Source: Ancylonema sp.
Taxonomy: Eukaryota
NCBI GenBank assembly: GCA_050230475.1
Contig: JBFLGF010000001.1
Location: 1 to 64,000 of the forward strand
DNA length: 64,000 nucleotides
Reading direction: 5' to 3'
Under the pieces are notes generated by a model. The model was not told the origin of the DNA. It saw only the letters and a list, made by a program, of their open reading frames with translations, and made no database searches. Positions 34,968 to 53,700 of the stretch are shown one piece after another. The first letter of the stretch is position 1, and every line of letters starts with the position of its first letter. The position numbers were made by a program, and so were the translations under genes.

Positions 34968-35753
34968 TTACAAACTGTGAGACGTACTGCCCCGTACTTC
35001 GAAGAAGACCTTGAAAGAAAAACTTCCTCCACTCACGTATCCTCCGGCTGCGTCAAATACGTCCTCTATTGTTGGCAGGGGACCAGATTCTGATGGGTCC
35101 CAATTGTGTTGCCGACCTGTAACACCTGAAGTTGATCGCTTGTAATTGATTAGGATCGATCTTCATACCGTTCACCATTAACGTGCTCAAAGTAATCTTC
35201 ACACGTCATTATACGTTGTCATTGGCAGGTTACGATGCGGTGACCACAAATAATAAAACTACCGGCAGAGTATCCTACTTGCAACAACTAGTATCCCTCT
35301 TTTTAATATAATTTACATAGTTAGTGCGCTTAGTAACGTCAGAAGCGATATGATGGCCAAGGGACGAGCGAGCGATGAAACCACCTCTCGGAGAGTAATG
35401 CTTTTGTTATACTATGGAAGGGGCAGCTGGTGCCGCCCCCAGCTTTATTCACCAATAGCAAGTAATATTGGCCATGTATTTCTGTCGTTGAATCTCCGTA
35501 ATGGTTGTATGGGACATAAAATTGTACTTGAAACTTGCTTTCGGACATTGACAATGTCCCTTGCCTGCAAACGGGGCAAGGAAGACTCGAAGTCAAACGG
35601 AGAGCCGACAGTACGGAAAAAAACGAACCATATCCTCAGCAAATGTACTACTCCGGAACTCTCTAATGTATTGCGTAATCTAGTCGCCGTTAGACAAATC
35701 TGGTTACCAATTCTGATTGTCGTGCGCAAACGCGGTTTTCCATTCACGATCAT
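34968..35753 (-). pseudogene. Possible MATH/TRAF-domain relic
   Basis: Fragments SAGSFIICGHRI, KFQVQF and LPTIEDVFDAAGGYVSGGSFSFKVFFEV* resemble MATH strands. Plausible GT-AG introns, with internal stops. Confidence 0.35.
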
Positions 35754-36042
35754 TCGTTCTGTATGCTGTAGGAAAACGAAATTCGTGCGCCGGCTTCAAT
35801 ATCACTTCATCTGTCACCCCATGGGCCATTAGAGTTGCAGGGGCAAGATCTGCCGAGCCGATTCAACTCTTCATAACTGTTATGGCAAAGTCCTTCCGTG
35901 CATCTCCTATCCCGAAACATATACGTTGGCACTCGGAGTGATGACGTCATTCTTTGGTTCAGCAACACGGCTAAACCGTCGGATGAACGGCGGGCGTGAC
36001 GGAAAGGACGGATAAATTTGCTGCGTCGAACTGGCAAGGATA

Positions 36043-36702
36043 CCTGTACTGGGTACCCTAAATGATTTCTGTTTTTCCAAAATTAATTATTTTCGTAATG
36101 AGTTTTCAAAATGATCCCCGGGATTCCGTTCGTTATTATCGATGATTTCTGGTAATAATTCCATGAATCCGGTAGTTATTATCAATGATTTTTGGGGATG
36201 ATTCCGGATTGTAGGAATAAAAAGCGTAAAAGATTTCGTTGTTTAAGAGTTAAAAATCAAATCATTTTTCTTTATCTGGGTAATTCTTACATATTTACCG
36301 TACATTTTGACGTCTCAAGTGCACGTGGCAAGCACTCGTACTAGTCGCGATAACTTGACCGGCAATTTGGTCGTTATGGATGGTCTTAATTGGTCATGTA
36401 GCGCGTGTAATCGGTAATATTTCCCATATCGGGGGACTTTAGGGCCCGGTACGTAATTTCTGACGTCGTAAATGTCTCTCGTCCAAATATGTGTCCTTTT
36501 GCACGTGCCTACTTTGTCGTGTCCGCCGTTTCATCACATCTAGAGTCACATCCAGGTGACCCCCAATTTCCCGTAAATGATTCCTAAAACGGGTTTTATT
36601 AATGATTTTGAGTATCCTTTTTCTACCATTTAGTAATTAATTTAAATGATTACTTTCGGGTTTCAAGAATTAATTAAGAACCATTTACGGTGCCCACTAC
36701 GG
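36043..36702. mobile_element. Tc1/mariner-like MITE (~660 bp)
   Basis: Imperfect TIRs CCTGTACTGGGTACCCTAAATGATTTCT / AGAACCATTTACGGTGCCCACTACGG, with TA on both flanks. Confidence 0.65.
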
Positions 36703-38345
36703 TATCATCGTTTCGTATGTTTACGACACCGCCGCATCTGAAATGGTCAATCATCAGAATGGGTGGTTGCCAATGTTAAATTAATTCAACACGCACAGCC
36801 CGGTGAGAAGTTGTTACAGACACATCCATGATTACATTATTGCTTATCGATTATTATTTTTTGCCTTTTAGTTTGCATCAGTTACTCTGCCCTTCAATGA
36901 TATTTGTCGTGAAAAAATTCCTCGTCCACGTCCTGGTCAATATTTTTGGTGATTTCCCAGAATAGTGACTGCCACGGGCAGCTCGTGGTCTGGATTTTGT
37001 GCACAAAGTCATGTTATAAAAGGAGAGTGTAAATCAAGCCCTCACGTGCATGTGGAGTTGATGTCTTGAATAGGACTTCTACCTCCATCGTATAGATGAG
37101 TGTTGAAAGTCATTGTACGTGGCGATTATTAGGTTTTCGGTCTAGTCGGCGTGATTTATTTCTCTTGAGTTGTTCGGCGATCTCAAGTAGTGGTAGACAT
37201 GCTTTATTTCAAATCAGTCGCTTAATTTTAACAATTGGCAACAGTAGACCATCTTTCCATCAGTATAATATAATTTTAAAAGCCCAATTATGGAAGTAAA
37301 TACAACATGATTCTAGAAACACGTAAAAAGTAGAGTTGGTGTCAACGATAAAATATAATACATAATTTTCATCTCCGAACATGGCCCACAAAAATCGAAT
37401 GCTTCGTAACTCTTTGTATAAATCCCATTAATCCTCCATGGAAATCAATTATGAAGCACTACCAATCACGTCGACATGCTACATCGACATATCGATATCT
37501 TCACCATTCGTGTCATTCTCAACGGTGTTGATTACAAAACCACTCTTATTGCACAACTATGACAAAACTAAGTTACACCCACAAAGTCCCGATGGATCAG
37601 TCAAATAATTTCGTCACCATCACTATTGATAAAATAGTCCAAAATAAAAAAATCAACACACGCCCTTCAAATGCGTCGATACAAAAATAATGTAACAAAC
37701 ACCGATTCTTAAACCGATCAAAGGTGTATATGCAACCTACGAACAAAAGAGGTTGTCAAGATTTTATCCGTTCCCCAATGTTTTCACCTACTCCCTTAAT
37801 TGACTTCCCCCACGCGTATACATCGCAAGTGGCTGATGAGCTGGGGGACCGGTTGGTGACTCGGGCGGGAAGTTGGCCATCCACTCCCCAGGGGCTAAGC
37901 CACTTGTCGCCTTCGTTGTGATTCGTACGACGTATTTTTTAACGTTCTGTCTTTATCTCGTTTAAATAGATATTACGAAACCAGAATCATAACGAATGGG
38001 CGTTCCGTAACCATCCATCTGTTTTTGTCGTACGCATCAGTGATTAGGACGCAAGTTCAGGTCGTTCGATGATTTTTCTATATGTGCTGTTCACGACTGA
38101 AACCCAAATAAGCCTTCGACAGAAATCGTGCAGTATTCGACAGCGCCGATAATGTTTCTGCACTAACGGATTGCTACCCTCATCGTCGTTTTCGAATAAT
38201 GTCTCGGGCGGCTGGGACGAATCCCGTGTGGTTACTTTCTGCCTCTTCTAGTATAGACGAAACCCTGAACCAAACATCATGTAGCAGATTATATTGCATG
38301 ATCTGATCATCACTTGTCGTTTTGGTTCAGTGTTTCTAACAAGAA

Positions 38346-44248
<5,903 letters not shown>

Positions 44249-44692
44249 TTTGCCAATTCGTGTGTGAAATAGCAAGAGTGTATCACGTACAATTTAGGAC
44301 AATCTCTCAATGCTTCATGGTTGTACACGGTTTGGCCACTTGGAAATCGACCCCTCTTCGAAAGTGTACTTTACAACGCAGTGGCGAAGATTCTATCGGG
44401 CGATTTCGGACCCTTCTTCCCTTCATCTTTTGGGAAAATCATCACATTTTCCGATTGAAGTTGGAGGTATAGCAACTGAGTCTATAAAAAAAATAAGAGC
44501 ACCGAACAACAAAACACCAACTAAAGTGCGTATTCCCAAGCAAAAAAGAATTGGAGTCTACCTTCCGTCTAGAGTCAAGTAACCTCTATAAATAAAGCAT
44601 CAAAAATAAATACACTTTACATGTGTATACATACAACAAAGATATTGACTCATTCAGAACTTGAATGACGCACCTATGATATCTCGACCACT

Positions 44693-46635
44693 TCAGTGGC
44701 GTAAGCCAAAGATGCACCCCCATGCATCCAAGGCAAACTTTGCAATGGGTTTTAGTTTGGGGTCAATGTTGTGCGCATCGATTACATGCTTGCCCGGAGG
44801 CACCACCAAAACCTGCGTATCAAACACAACAAAAAACAAACACTAAGGATCTGAACATTTGACTCTTCAGCTTTTACTGCTTTTTCAACCCCATACAATT
44901 TTAAGAAGGATACGTGTCTCTCACATGAGAAGACACGTCTTGCCTGTGAAAACAAATCCTTTTGTACTCGGATTACAATGCGGCTCATCCACAACCCCCC
45001 CCCACCCGCACTCTTTCCACACACCCCAAAACTCCTTATCCTCTTCTTGGTATCCCATTTCTCATTCCAAAGAAAACCAGAAAACAATCGTCGACTCTTC
45101 AACACCCCCCCCCCTCCCCCCCCCCCCCCCCCATCCCCACCTCCAGCTCCCTCCTCCCCCACTCTAGTGCGTCCCTATGACTCATGTGGAAGAGATCCAC
45201 GTGTAACCCGCCTCGAATGGCGGACCCATGGTCTTGCACCACTCCCAACCCGTACCCGGGCACGTGCAGCTGGGTCTGGAAGGGGAACCAGGTGGTATCC
45301 GCTGCCACGGTGCCAACCGCGGGTGGGGCCTTCCAGGGCAGCAGGAGGCGGATGGGGATGCGGTGGGGTCGCACTGCCAGCTGTTGCGTGGAGAGGAGGG
45401 GGGTGCGGGCCTGCTGGGGGAGGACACCTGTTGACGTCACGCCCGTATAGGGCATGCCTACCTGGCACACCACCGGAGACAGGGGACACGGGTACGGGTA
45501 CGGATATGGTTGCAAACACCGTACAATTACGGCTGCTATGGTTATGGGTCCGAACACCCGAATAGGGGCAGCCAGGCGTACTTGGGGGTGAGTATTTGGT
45601 GTAATTTGTACAATCGTTTGCAGAATGGATTGGGTGAAAGTTGGCGAATTTGCAAATGGACGATTTGGCGATTGGGGTAGAAGGCAAGTGTGAGCCTGTA
45701 CAGGGTTGAGATTCAGGTCTTCTTCTATAGGCCAACAAAGGTGCAAAAATTTGAATCACTCGTTTCCAGGTTGTTCGGGAAAGAGGGAATGTAAGTTATT
45801 CATTTCTACTTCTGCTAGTAGAGCTGGCCTAGGGGTGCGGTGGCGGTGATTACCTGGCGCGTGTGAGTCCAGTACCTGGACAGAAAGCGAAGGGAGGACA
45901 AAAAGGATACAACCACAGTCGTCTGCAGAAAGTGCATAGACGTTATGCATTAATAAATGTGAAACTGGCTGGTGCTCACACGTGGCAATGCATGACGTCA
46001 GACAGACACGAGACTCTCTAGTTTCCGAAATTGGTTCCCGTGGCTACCGGGGAACAGGGTCCACATACCGACAGAACAGTCCGGGTTTGAGGTCCTCCCG
46101 CACTTCCCGAGGCTTCACGCAAATGTTTTTAGGGCGCAGGGCTGTCAAGTCAAAGTTTTGCAGTCGCTTTATTGTTTCGGGCCAAGATTGGCGGAGCAAG
46201 AGCGGGTGGCGGGTACCCGCAGGAGAATGAATATCCCCCAGCGAAAGGTACTTGGACCGCCCGAATATCGTCAAACCCCATTCGTAGCCGCAGCAGTGAC
46301 CACACCTAGGGAAGTCATAGAAGGGGGATATTTGGGGGTCCTGGGCGTAGACGAGGCGCAATTTGATCTATAACTATTCACTAATGGGAATAAAGTGTAG
46401 GATGGGACGGGAGAAGACATGAATTCCAGCTATTATTTTTCCGTGACCATGGCCATCATCATAAAATATATGGTTGATAGAACATGCAGTTGTGAGAAAC
46501 AAGAATATCAAATGGTGACTGGAGACGCGGGATTGGCGTCGAGACTCACCCACAGTATGCCGTACACATAATTTTGAGTTTTCGAGGATTTCCAGCTTTC
46601 ACTACAGAGGTGTGCTTTTTCGGGGCGGAAGCCAT
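44693..46635 (-). CDS. 3D (Asp-Asp-Asp) domain protein, MltA/YuiC/YocH-like double-psi beta-barrel, 261 aa; exons 46635-46550, 46305-46069, 45875-45854, 45461-45141, 44812-44693
   Basis: Spliced product: MASAPKK...MCTAYCG|CGHCCGYEWG...LFCR|YWTHTRQ|VGMPYTGVTSTG...GTVAADTTWFPFQTQLHVPGYGLGVVQDHGSAIRGGLHVDLFHMSHRDALEWGRRELE|VLVVPPG...LRH*. Four GT-AG introns with compatible phases, 786 nt in total, no internal stops. Confidence 0.85.
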
Positions 46636-46796
46636 TAAGTCTGCTTGTGCACGTACTGGGAAGGGCAGCGCGTCCGGCGTGCTCTCTCTCGTGCTCTCTG
46701 AAGGTGGGCAGGATGCCCGGGTCTGACACCACTAGTGTGGGGGCCCACCCGCTAGACACCTCCGGGTGGCAGGTCGAAGGCAGGTGGGTTAAACGT

Positions 46797-48146
46797 TATG
46801 GGGAGATTACCTCCTAGCTAGGTAAAGAATACCCGTAATATCGAGAAAACGCCAGGACTCAAAATTTCGCTGTACACAGGGGCCAAGGCCGTCCAAACCG
46901 TGATTTTCGTTATGCGCGGCGTAGGCCCCAGCTGCTGCAGTCCTAAAGCGCTACTGTCAGCATTTTGCCGCAGATTGCCAGCGCTGGCTTCTTGCTGCTG
47001 TCATGCAGCCCTATAGGTGGGATGATGCTTCCGAGCCGTGTACTGCAGTGTGCGGCCGATTGTAAGCGTAGCTACGATCCCTTGCTGTCTTGACGCCTGC
47101 GTATTGTTGCATATGTATATTGCTTTTCGCATACTTGTGTTAAAACATAAGGGTGTCATGTTGGTTTCTTTCGGTAGCGCGTAGGTTTCAAATCGGACAG
47201 CGTTGAAGCGATGGAATACATGTCGGTAAGTGTCTACGCCATTCCTTTTAAAGAAGGTGGTGATATAAAGCATTCTACACTGGCCGCAGTCATGTGGTAG
47301 CGTGTAGCGCTCACATATATAGGATATAATTTTGTGAGGGCATATAAGGTGGAACCCACTTTTTTTTGGCCGTGAACCTCCGAATAGTAATGTCAGCTGC
47401 ATAATTATGTATTTTAGTCTGTTAATGCATATTTATTTGTTTTTGCCAATTTTTGTTCGTTGCTGCAGCTCTGAACATACACCTTGGTGCCTCGCGGTGA
47501 TGTACAACCGGAGCCCAAAAAAATCCACGTCTCTAGATGGCACCAGCACCATCACCAGCACCACCTCGGAGTGTTCAGGAGGAGGTCATTTCTCGTTTTT
47601 TTTTCATACGGCAGTTGATGATAGTTACATCTGGTTGATTGAATCTCGTCAGTGTCCGCGTTCAATCCAAATGCTTGAATATCTACCGTCTCCGTGATAA
47701 TTGGTATGTTGTTTCAATAATTTATGTATCCATGCATGCATACATGCATATATGCTTAGATGCCTGATGCATACATGCACATGTGTTTGTATGCACACAA
47801 GCATACATGCATGCATCCATACAGACATGCATACATACATACAGATATACATACATACATATATACATTCATGCATTACTTACATACATAAATATATACA
47901 TACATACATACATACATTACATACATACAGATATACGTACATGTATACTTTACATACATACATATATACATATACAGATACGCATACATGCATACATACA
48001 TACATACATACATACATGCATACATGCATACATACATACATACATACCTACACACATACACACATACATGCATACATACATACATACATACATGCATACA
48101 TACATACATTCATACATGCATACATACATACATACATACATGCATA
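46797..48146 (+). mobile_element. Dispersed ~1.3 kb repeat with (CATA)n-type tail, copy 2
   Basis: Aligns by eye to 4849-6172 with small indels. Confidence 0.85.
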
Positions 48147-48917
48147 GGTTGAACCCGGACCCAATTGTACTAATCCTCGAGGATGGTAATCTTTGGTTTT
48201 TAGGACATTTGTCACTCAATAGGTTGCCTCGCATCGACCCGGAATGAAGATGTCACAAGGATACGCTGCCAACTTTAGTCCATATTTACGAAGCAGTAAA
48301 AGAGGGAACTACTGCGTGGCTCCAATTCAACGAGTGGTGTGAGTTGAATCTGCAAGGATAAGGCGGGAATTTTGGGTTTGTAAATGATTGTATAATTTGT
48401 AGAGAGTTGGGGCAATTTGCAAGACTCGCCATGTATTTTATGTTAGAGGAATTACATTAAGTTCGTCACAAATAGTTGTTTCCCGATGTTATTGTCGTAA
48501 AGTTGAATTGCCGGATTCGTATCTAGTGTTTTATCTAGTTGACACACATGACAACTTGTATTCTTTATCGATGGGGCATAGAAAACTAAGCTCCTACTTC
48601 TTTCACTCCATTCCGTGAAGTTTCCAAAATGTGCGTTGCGATATGTAAAAATCTTTACAACACAACGAACAATGGGAACCAATCCCACATCATACACATC
48701 CTAACATCCATCCATCTTCCTTACACATGTTTTTTTGTTCATATGAACAACCAACCAACCCAACTCCCCATTGCATTTCTAAGTCTCTTAGCACAATCAT
48801 CCCACTTGCAACAACACACCAAGCCGACATCCACCTATCGCTACATGACCGGATAGACCCACGGGCGATTCGACTCAATCTATCGAGTTGTGGGATACGT
48901 ATGCATTGGTATATCAT

Positions 48918-49710
48918 CAGGGATGCACCGGGACGGCAAAAATGTATACAAACGCCGTTTTGCAAACGGAATACGTGCGTACGGCAAAAGTGTTGCAAAC
49001 GTTTGCATTTTGCAAACGTTTTGCAAACGTTTGCATTCGCAAACGTCCGCAAATTTATTCCTAGATAGGCCCCTTCCCGGCTAAGCTTTAAACCCAATAT
49101 ATCCGGCGGACTCTCTATTTTGTCGTACCGCCAGTTCGTCCCCGTCAGTTTGTTGTATCCCCGTTTATGTCATCATTACATTTCCCCCGTGTTTTTCCTG
49201 TCCCCGTCGTTTTGTCCTGTAGCACGTCCCGATTCTGTCGTGTCTTCCGTTCCACCATCGTATCTTGGCCCGTAGCCCGTCTCCCGTTCGATCATAGATT
49301 ATGTTTGTCGTGTGTGAGACAGAATCTTTCCGGGTGAGTGTCGTTCACGACCCTGTCCCATCCCCCGATGCCGTCCGAATCCCCTGGAATCCTCTGTTGT
49401 GAGTAGATTCTGTACACATTCACGACCTCTTTTTTTAATCAATCTACCTGTTTTTTTAATCCGGAGTCATTAGTACGGAAATGTACGGACATGTACGGAC
49501 ATGTAAGGACTGTACGGACACAAACGTTTGCAAGCGCAAACGTTTGCATCCGTATAGTCCGTACCCATTTGCCGCATTTCACGGCCGTATTCCGGACGTT
49601 TGCGGGCAAATCCGTACGCCGTTTGCATTTGCCAGGGCCGGCAGATTGCCCTCGGCCCCGTCCGGAAAACGTGCTCTACAGAAAACGGGCCCCGGCCCGG
49701 TGCATCACTG
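48918..49710. mobile_element. hAT MITE (793 bp)
   Basis: TIRs CAGGGATGCACCGGG / CCCGGTGCATCACTG, a perfect 8-bp TSD TATATCAT (48910-48917, 49711-49718), and subterminal GCAAACGTTT and GTACGG repeats. Confidence 0.92.
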
Positions 49711-50455
49711 TATATCATTACTAAGCAAAAATCTAAAATAAACTTCCTAAACTACTACTTAGACTTCACCGACCACTACTTCGTTTAGTGCGACTGTAGA
49801 AATAACTCAACGTGATGATATCAAAATAAACACTCTTCGGAAAATGTCTCCACGTCTTTGAACCAAACATACGCGTAAGTTGCAAGCTCCATGAAACATA
49901 TATTGTGAAGGGCCTACACACAGCAAGTATGTTAGTAATCATTAACCATCCATTAGTCACTTGGAAGTGAGGAAAGTAGTTTGTTATTTTTTCGGGGAAA
50001 GTGAGGGAGAGAAGAATCCCATTAGTTTGGCAAGTGGTACGTATTTACTACTATTCGAATTAACACGTAGATTAAAAAGGGGGTTGCGAGTATACATACA
50101 TTTTTTTTGTTCCTTCGTGTTCGAAGGCCAAGGAGGTTATTAGAGTGACTTCGGGTACCGGTATATTACTTAAAAAATGATCGTGTTTTTTTTGGGAGGC
50201 CAATGTTAATGAACGACACTCCTAAATAAATATGCACCCAAATATATCATTTATATCATTACATATATTAGTATATTCATTAATTAGATTCATTATGTAT
50301 ATTATGACATATATTCATTCATATCATTTATATCACTTATATTTATTTCATGTTCACAAGTATCCACATAGATAAGAGTGCGGAGTGGTATATGAATGTA
50401 AGTAGTTCATTTGTATGATTTAATTCAAATTATAAATATGGAGGGAAAAAAACTT

Positions 50456-50580
50456 AAAGAATAAAGAATAAGGAATAAGAATAAAGAATAAAGAATAGAG
50501 AATAAAGAATAAAGAATAAAGAAAAAAAAATAAAGAATAAAGAATAAAGAATCAATAATCAAGAATCAAGAATCAAGAAT
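50456..50580. repeat. (AAAGAAT)n heptamer repeat
   Basis: Read directly from the sequence. Confidence 0.9.
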
Positions 50581-50742
50581 TATGTCCTCCAATCTCAGCC
50601 AATAATGAATCCACACGTTTTTAGAGTTACAACACTCAATACGGACCCTGCAGACATATGTTAGGGCCAATACCACCAATAAAAACTACCGTACTATCCT
50701 AAAAAATGATGGGAGCTCAGCTCGGAGCTCATATGTCGTCAC

Positions 50743-53700
50743 GTTAGATGACTTGGAGACGAGGAAAGGATTCGTGGCATGGCATTCTGCTGCTGCTCTC
50801 CTCCTTACTGTCGATTCCTTCCATACTGCTGCCTTCCGTTACGTTCTCCACCGAAGTGCTGCCGCCCTCCTTGATGTCGTGTCTGTCCGCCTGACTGCTG
50901 GCTATCGGGCCGCAACTGTTAGGAGTGGAATAGAATGGAACTCCTAGCAATCTATGAGCAATCTGGGTTGCAAGTGCACACACAAGATAATGGCGAAAAT
51001 GAGTCGATAGGTTGGAGGGAAATGAGCCGATGGTCAAATGGTCGGGTTGATAGGGTATGGACACAAGGTGCAAGTACATGAGTTGATAGGAATGCTCTAT
51101 AGGCATTCCTATCGGCTAGCGGCCCTAGCCGACTCTAGGAATCATGTGGGATAAATAAGTCAAGGGCGGCTGAGTACACAACAGAATGTAGCTAAAGGCA
51201 CAACTGCCATGACTAAGGACACACCAGAATACTCCCTAGGGGCCATGCGGCCGCTAGGGACACAACTCCCGCTCTATAGGGACAGAACTCGCTATAGAGG
51301 AAACTGAGCTAGTAGCTCTCTAGCGCTAAGTGTGGAGACCTCGCTAGGGAACCCTAGTGACTGTAGCGAGGGTCCTTAACAATACCCCCCCCTCAAGGCG
51401 CGAACGCGATGAGGGAGGCGGTGCAGGCCGAGCGGGAAACGTGACATGGAAATCTGCGACCGCGTCAGCAGCATTGTCCATGTTGTCGGCAGGTTCCCAA
51501 GAACGCTCCGATTCATCGTACCCGACCCAGTCGACGAGGTAAAAGAGCCGGCCCCGCACGAACTTGGAATCCAGAACTGTGGCCACCTCATGTTGTGGCG
51601 CGCCGTCACCACGACCGGAGGTGGAGGCGCCACGACACGACCCGGGAATGTGTTGGTCGGTAGCTCCAGCGAGGAGGCTGACGTGGGAAGACGGGAATGG
51701 ATTTGAGGACAGAGGACGGCAGCTCCAAGCGATACGACGAGGTGCCAATCTGGCCAAGAACCGGAAAAGGACCCAGACGACGGACATCGAGTTTTGAGGA
51801 AGGACGAGTGGATCCGACGTGGCGCCGGGACAGCCAAACTTTCTGACCCGGCGAAAATATCGGAGCAGATCTCCGCTTCCGATTGGCCGAAATTTCCATC
51901 GCCCGCTGGGATTTGCGAAGCGCTGACTGGAGGAAACTTGGGTGTCGTGGATCGTTTGACATAGTCGTCGGCTGCGGGGTTGGGGGAATTTGGGGAGGGT
52001 GGGAGCAGCGACATCTGCGGGTGGATGCCGTAGTTGGCAAAGAACGGGGAGAGGGTGGTGGCGGAGTGCTTGGAGTTGTTGTAAGCGAACTCCGCCAGCG
52101 GCAAAAGTTGGGCCCAATCGGATTGCTGGTAATCGGTGTAGATCCGCAGATATTGTTCGAGAACCGAATTCAGGCGCTCCGTCTGCCCGTCCGTCTGCGG
52201 GTGAAAAGCAGAGGAGCGGTTGGCCCGTACACCGAGCAGCTCCAACAGCCGGCGCCAAAAGTGGCTGGTGAAGATGGGATCGCGGTCGCTGATGAAGCTG
52301 CTGGGCAACCCATGCAGGCGCACGACTTGCTGCACGAACAGCGCTGCGACCTCAGGAGCCGCCATGGCCTTGGTGGTAGGAATGAAGTGTGCCTGCTTCG
52401 TCAACCGGTCGACGACCACTAGAATGGCGTCGTAGTAGTCGCTAGGGGGGAGGTCCGTAATCCAGTCTAGGGAGACGCTGGTCCATGGCTGGGTAGTAGG
52501 GATAGGTAGAGGGGACAGCAAGCCAGGCGCATGGCGCACCGGCTTGTTCCGGGCGCGTTGTCGCACGTGCGCACGTAGTCTTCCACTGCCTTTGAGAGGC
52601 CAGGCCAGTGAAAATACTGCGCTACCAACGCGTGCGTGCGGGCAGTGCCGAAGTGGCCTGCCATAGGTGCGTCGTGGTACTGCGTTAGGATAAGAGAGGA
52701 TAAATGGTAGCAGCTGTACGAGGGATAGCGAGGCGGCCGAGATGGTTATAGAAGGCCGTCTCGTAAGGTGTAGGAGATTTGGGACTCGCCTGTAGTGCGA
52801 CTCGGGTTAGATTCCCGAGCGGGTCCGGGTTGCAGGGATGTAGCTATAGCGTGGAGGGTAGGGTCGGCTAGTTGACTAGATCGTATGTCCAGGAGGATAG
52901 GGTCGTTAGGTGCCAGCATGATAGCTGCCGCACGCACCGGGGGAACTGGGAGAAGAGCTGGTGGGGGGAGAATCGGGTGGGGGGATGTAGCTGGCAGCAG
53001 ATAGTCAGGTATGCGGGATAGGGCGTCTGGCTTGCCATTGGTGGACCCCTTCCTGTAGACGATAGTGAAGTCGTAGGCTGCGAGCGTCTCGGCCCGCCTT
53101 GCGTGTTTGCGGGATGTAGTTCTGGCTGCCTGGAAATACTCCAGGTTTTTATGGTCGGTGTAGACCATGATAGGATGGGCTGCTCCTTCGAGATAGACCC
53201 GCCACTGACGAAAGGCAGCCACTATGGCGAGCAGCTCTTTGTCGTAGATAGGATAGTTAAGTCTGCTGCAATGAACTTGCGGGAGTAGTATGCTACGGGG
53301 TGGAGCTCGCCGCGGGGATCTGGCTGCGATAAAACGCGAGGCCGAAGTCGGAGGCGTCGGCTTCGAGGGTGAGTGGCTGCAGGGGTTGGACGTGCTGCAA
53401 GACCGGAGCGGAAGTGAAGGCGAGCTTTAGGGAGTGGAAAGCTGCGTCGGCCTCAATTGTCGAGCCAAAGGTTGCCCCCTTTCCCCCTTTCGTGTCAATG
53501 AGGCACGCCACCGTAGAATAGCCTTTAACAAAATGCCTGTAGAAGTTAGCGAACCCAGGGAAGGACTGGACCTCCTTGACTGACTGGGGCTTTGGCCAGT
53601 CAAGGAGAGATGCCACTTTCTGGGGGTCCATACCCACGCCGACTGGGGATACCTGGTAGCCGAGAAAGGCAATAGTGTCAGTATGAAACTGACACTTCTC

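Noticed and set aside
37833..37900. CTGATGA as a hammerhead ribozyme core
   Set aside because: No GAAA after stem II and no stem III or cleavage triplet arrangement.
44978..46800. LINE/retroelement fragment or bacterial contamination
   Set aside because: No RT or endonuclease motifs. The segments splice through GT-AG introns into a single 3D-domain gene.
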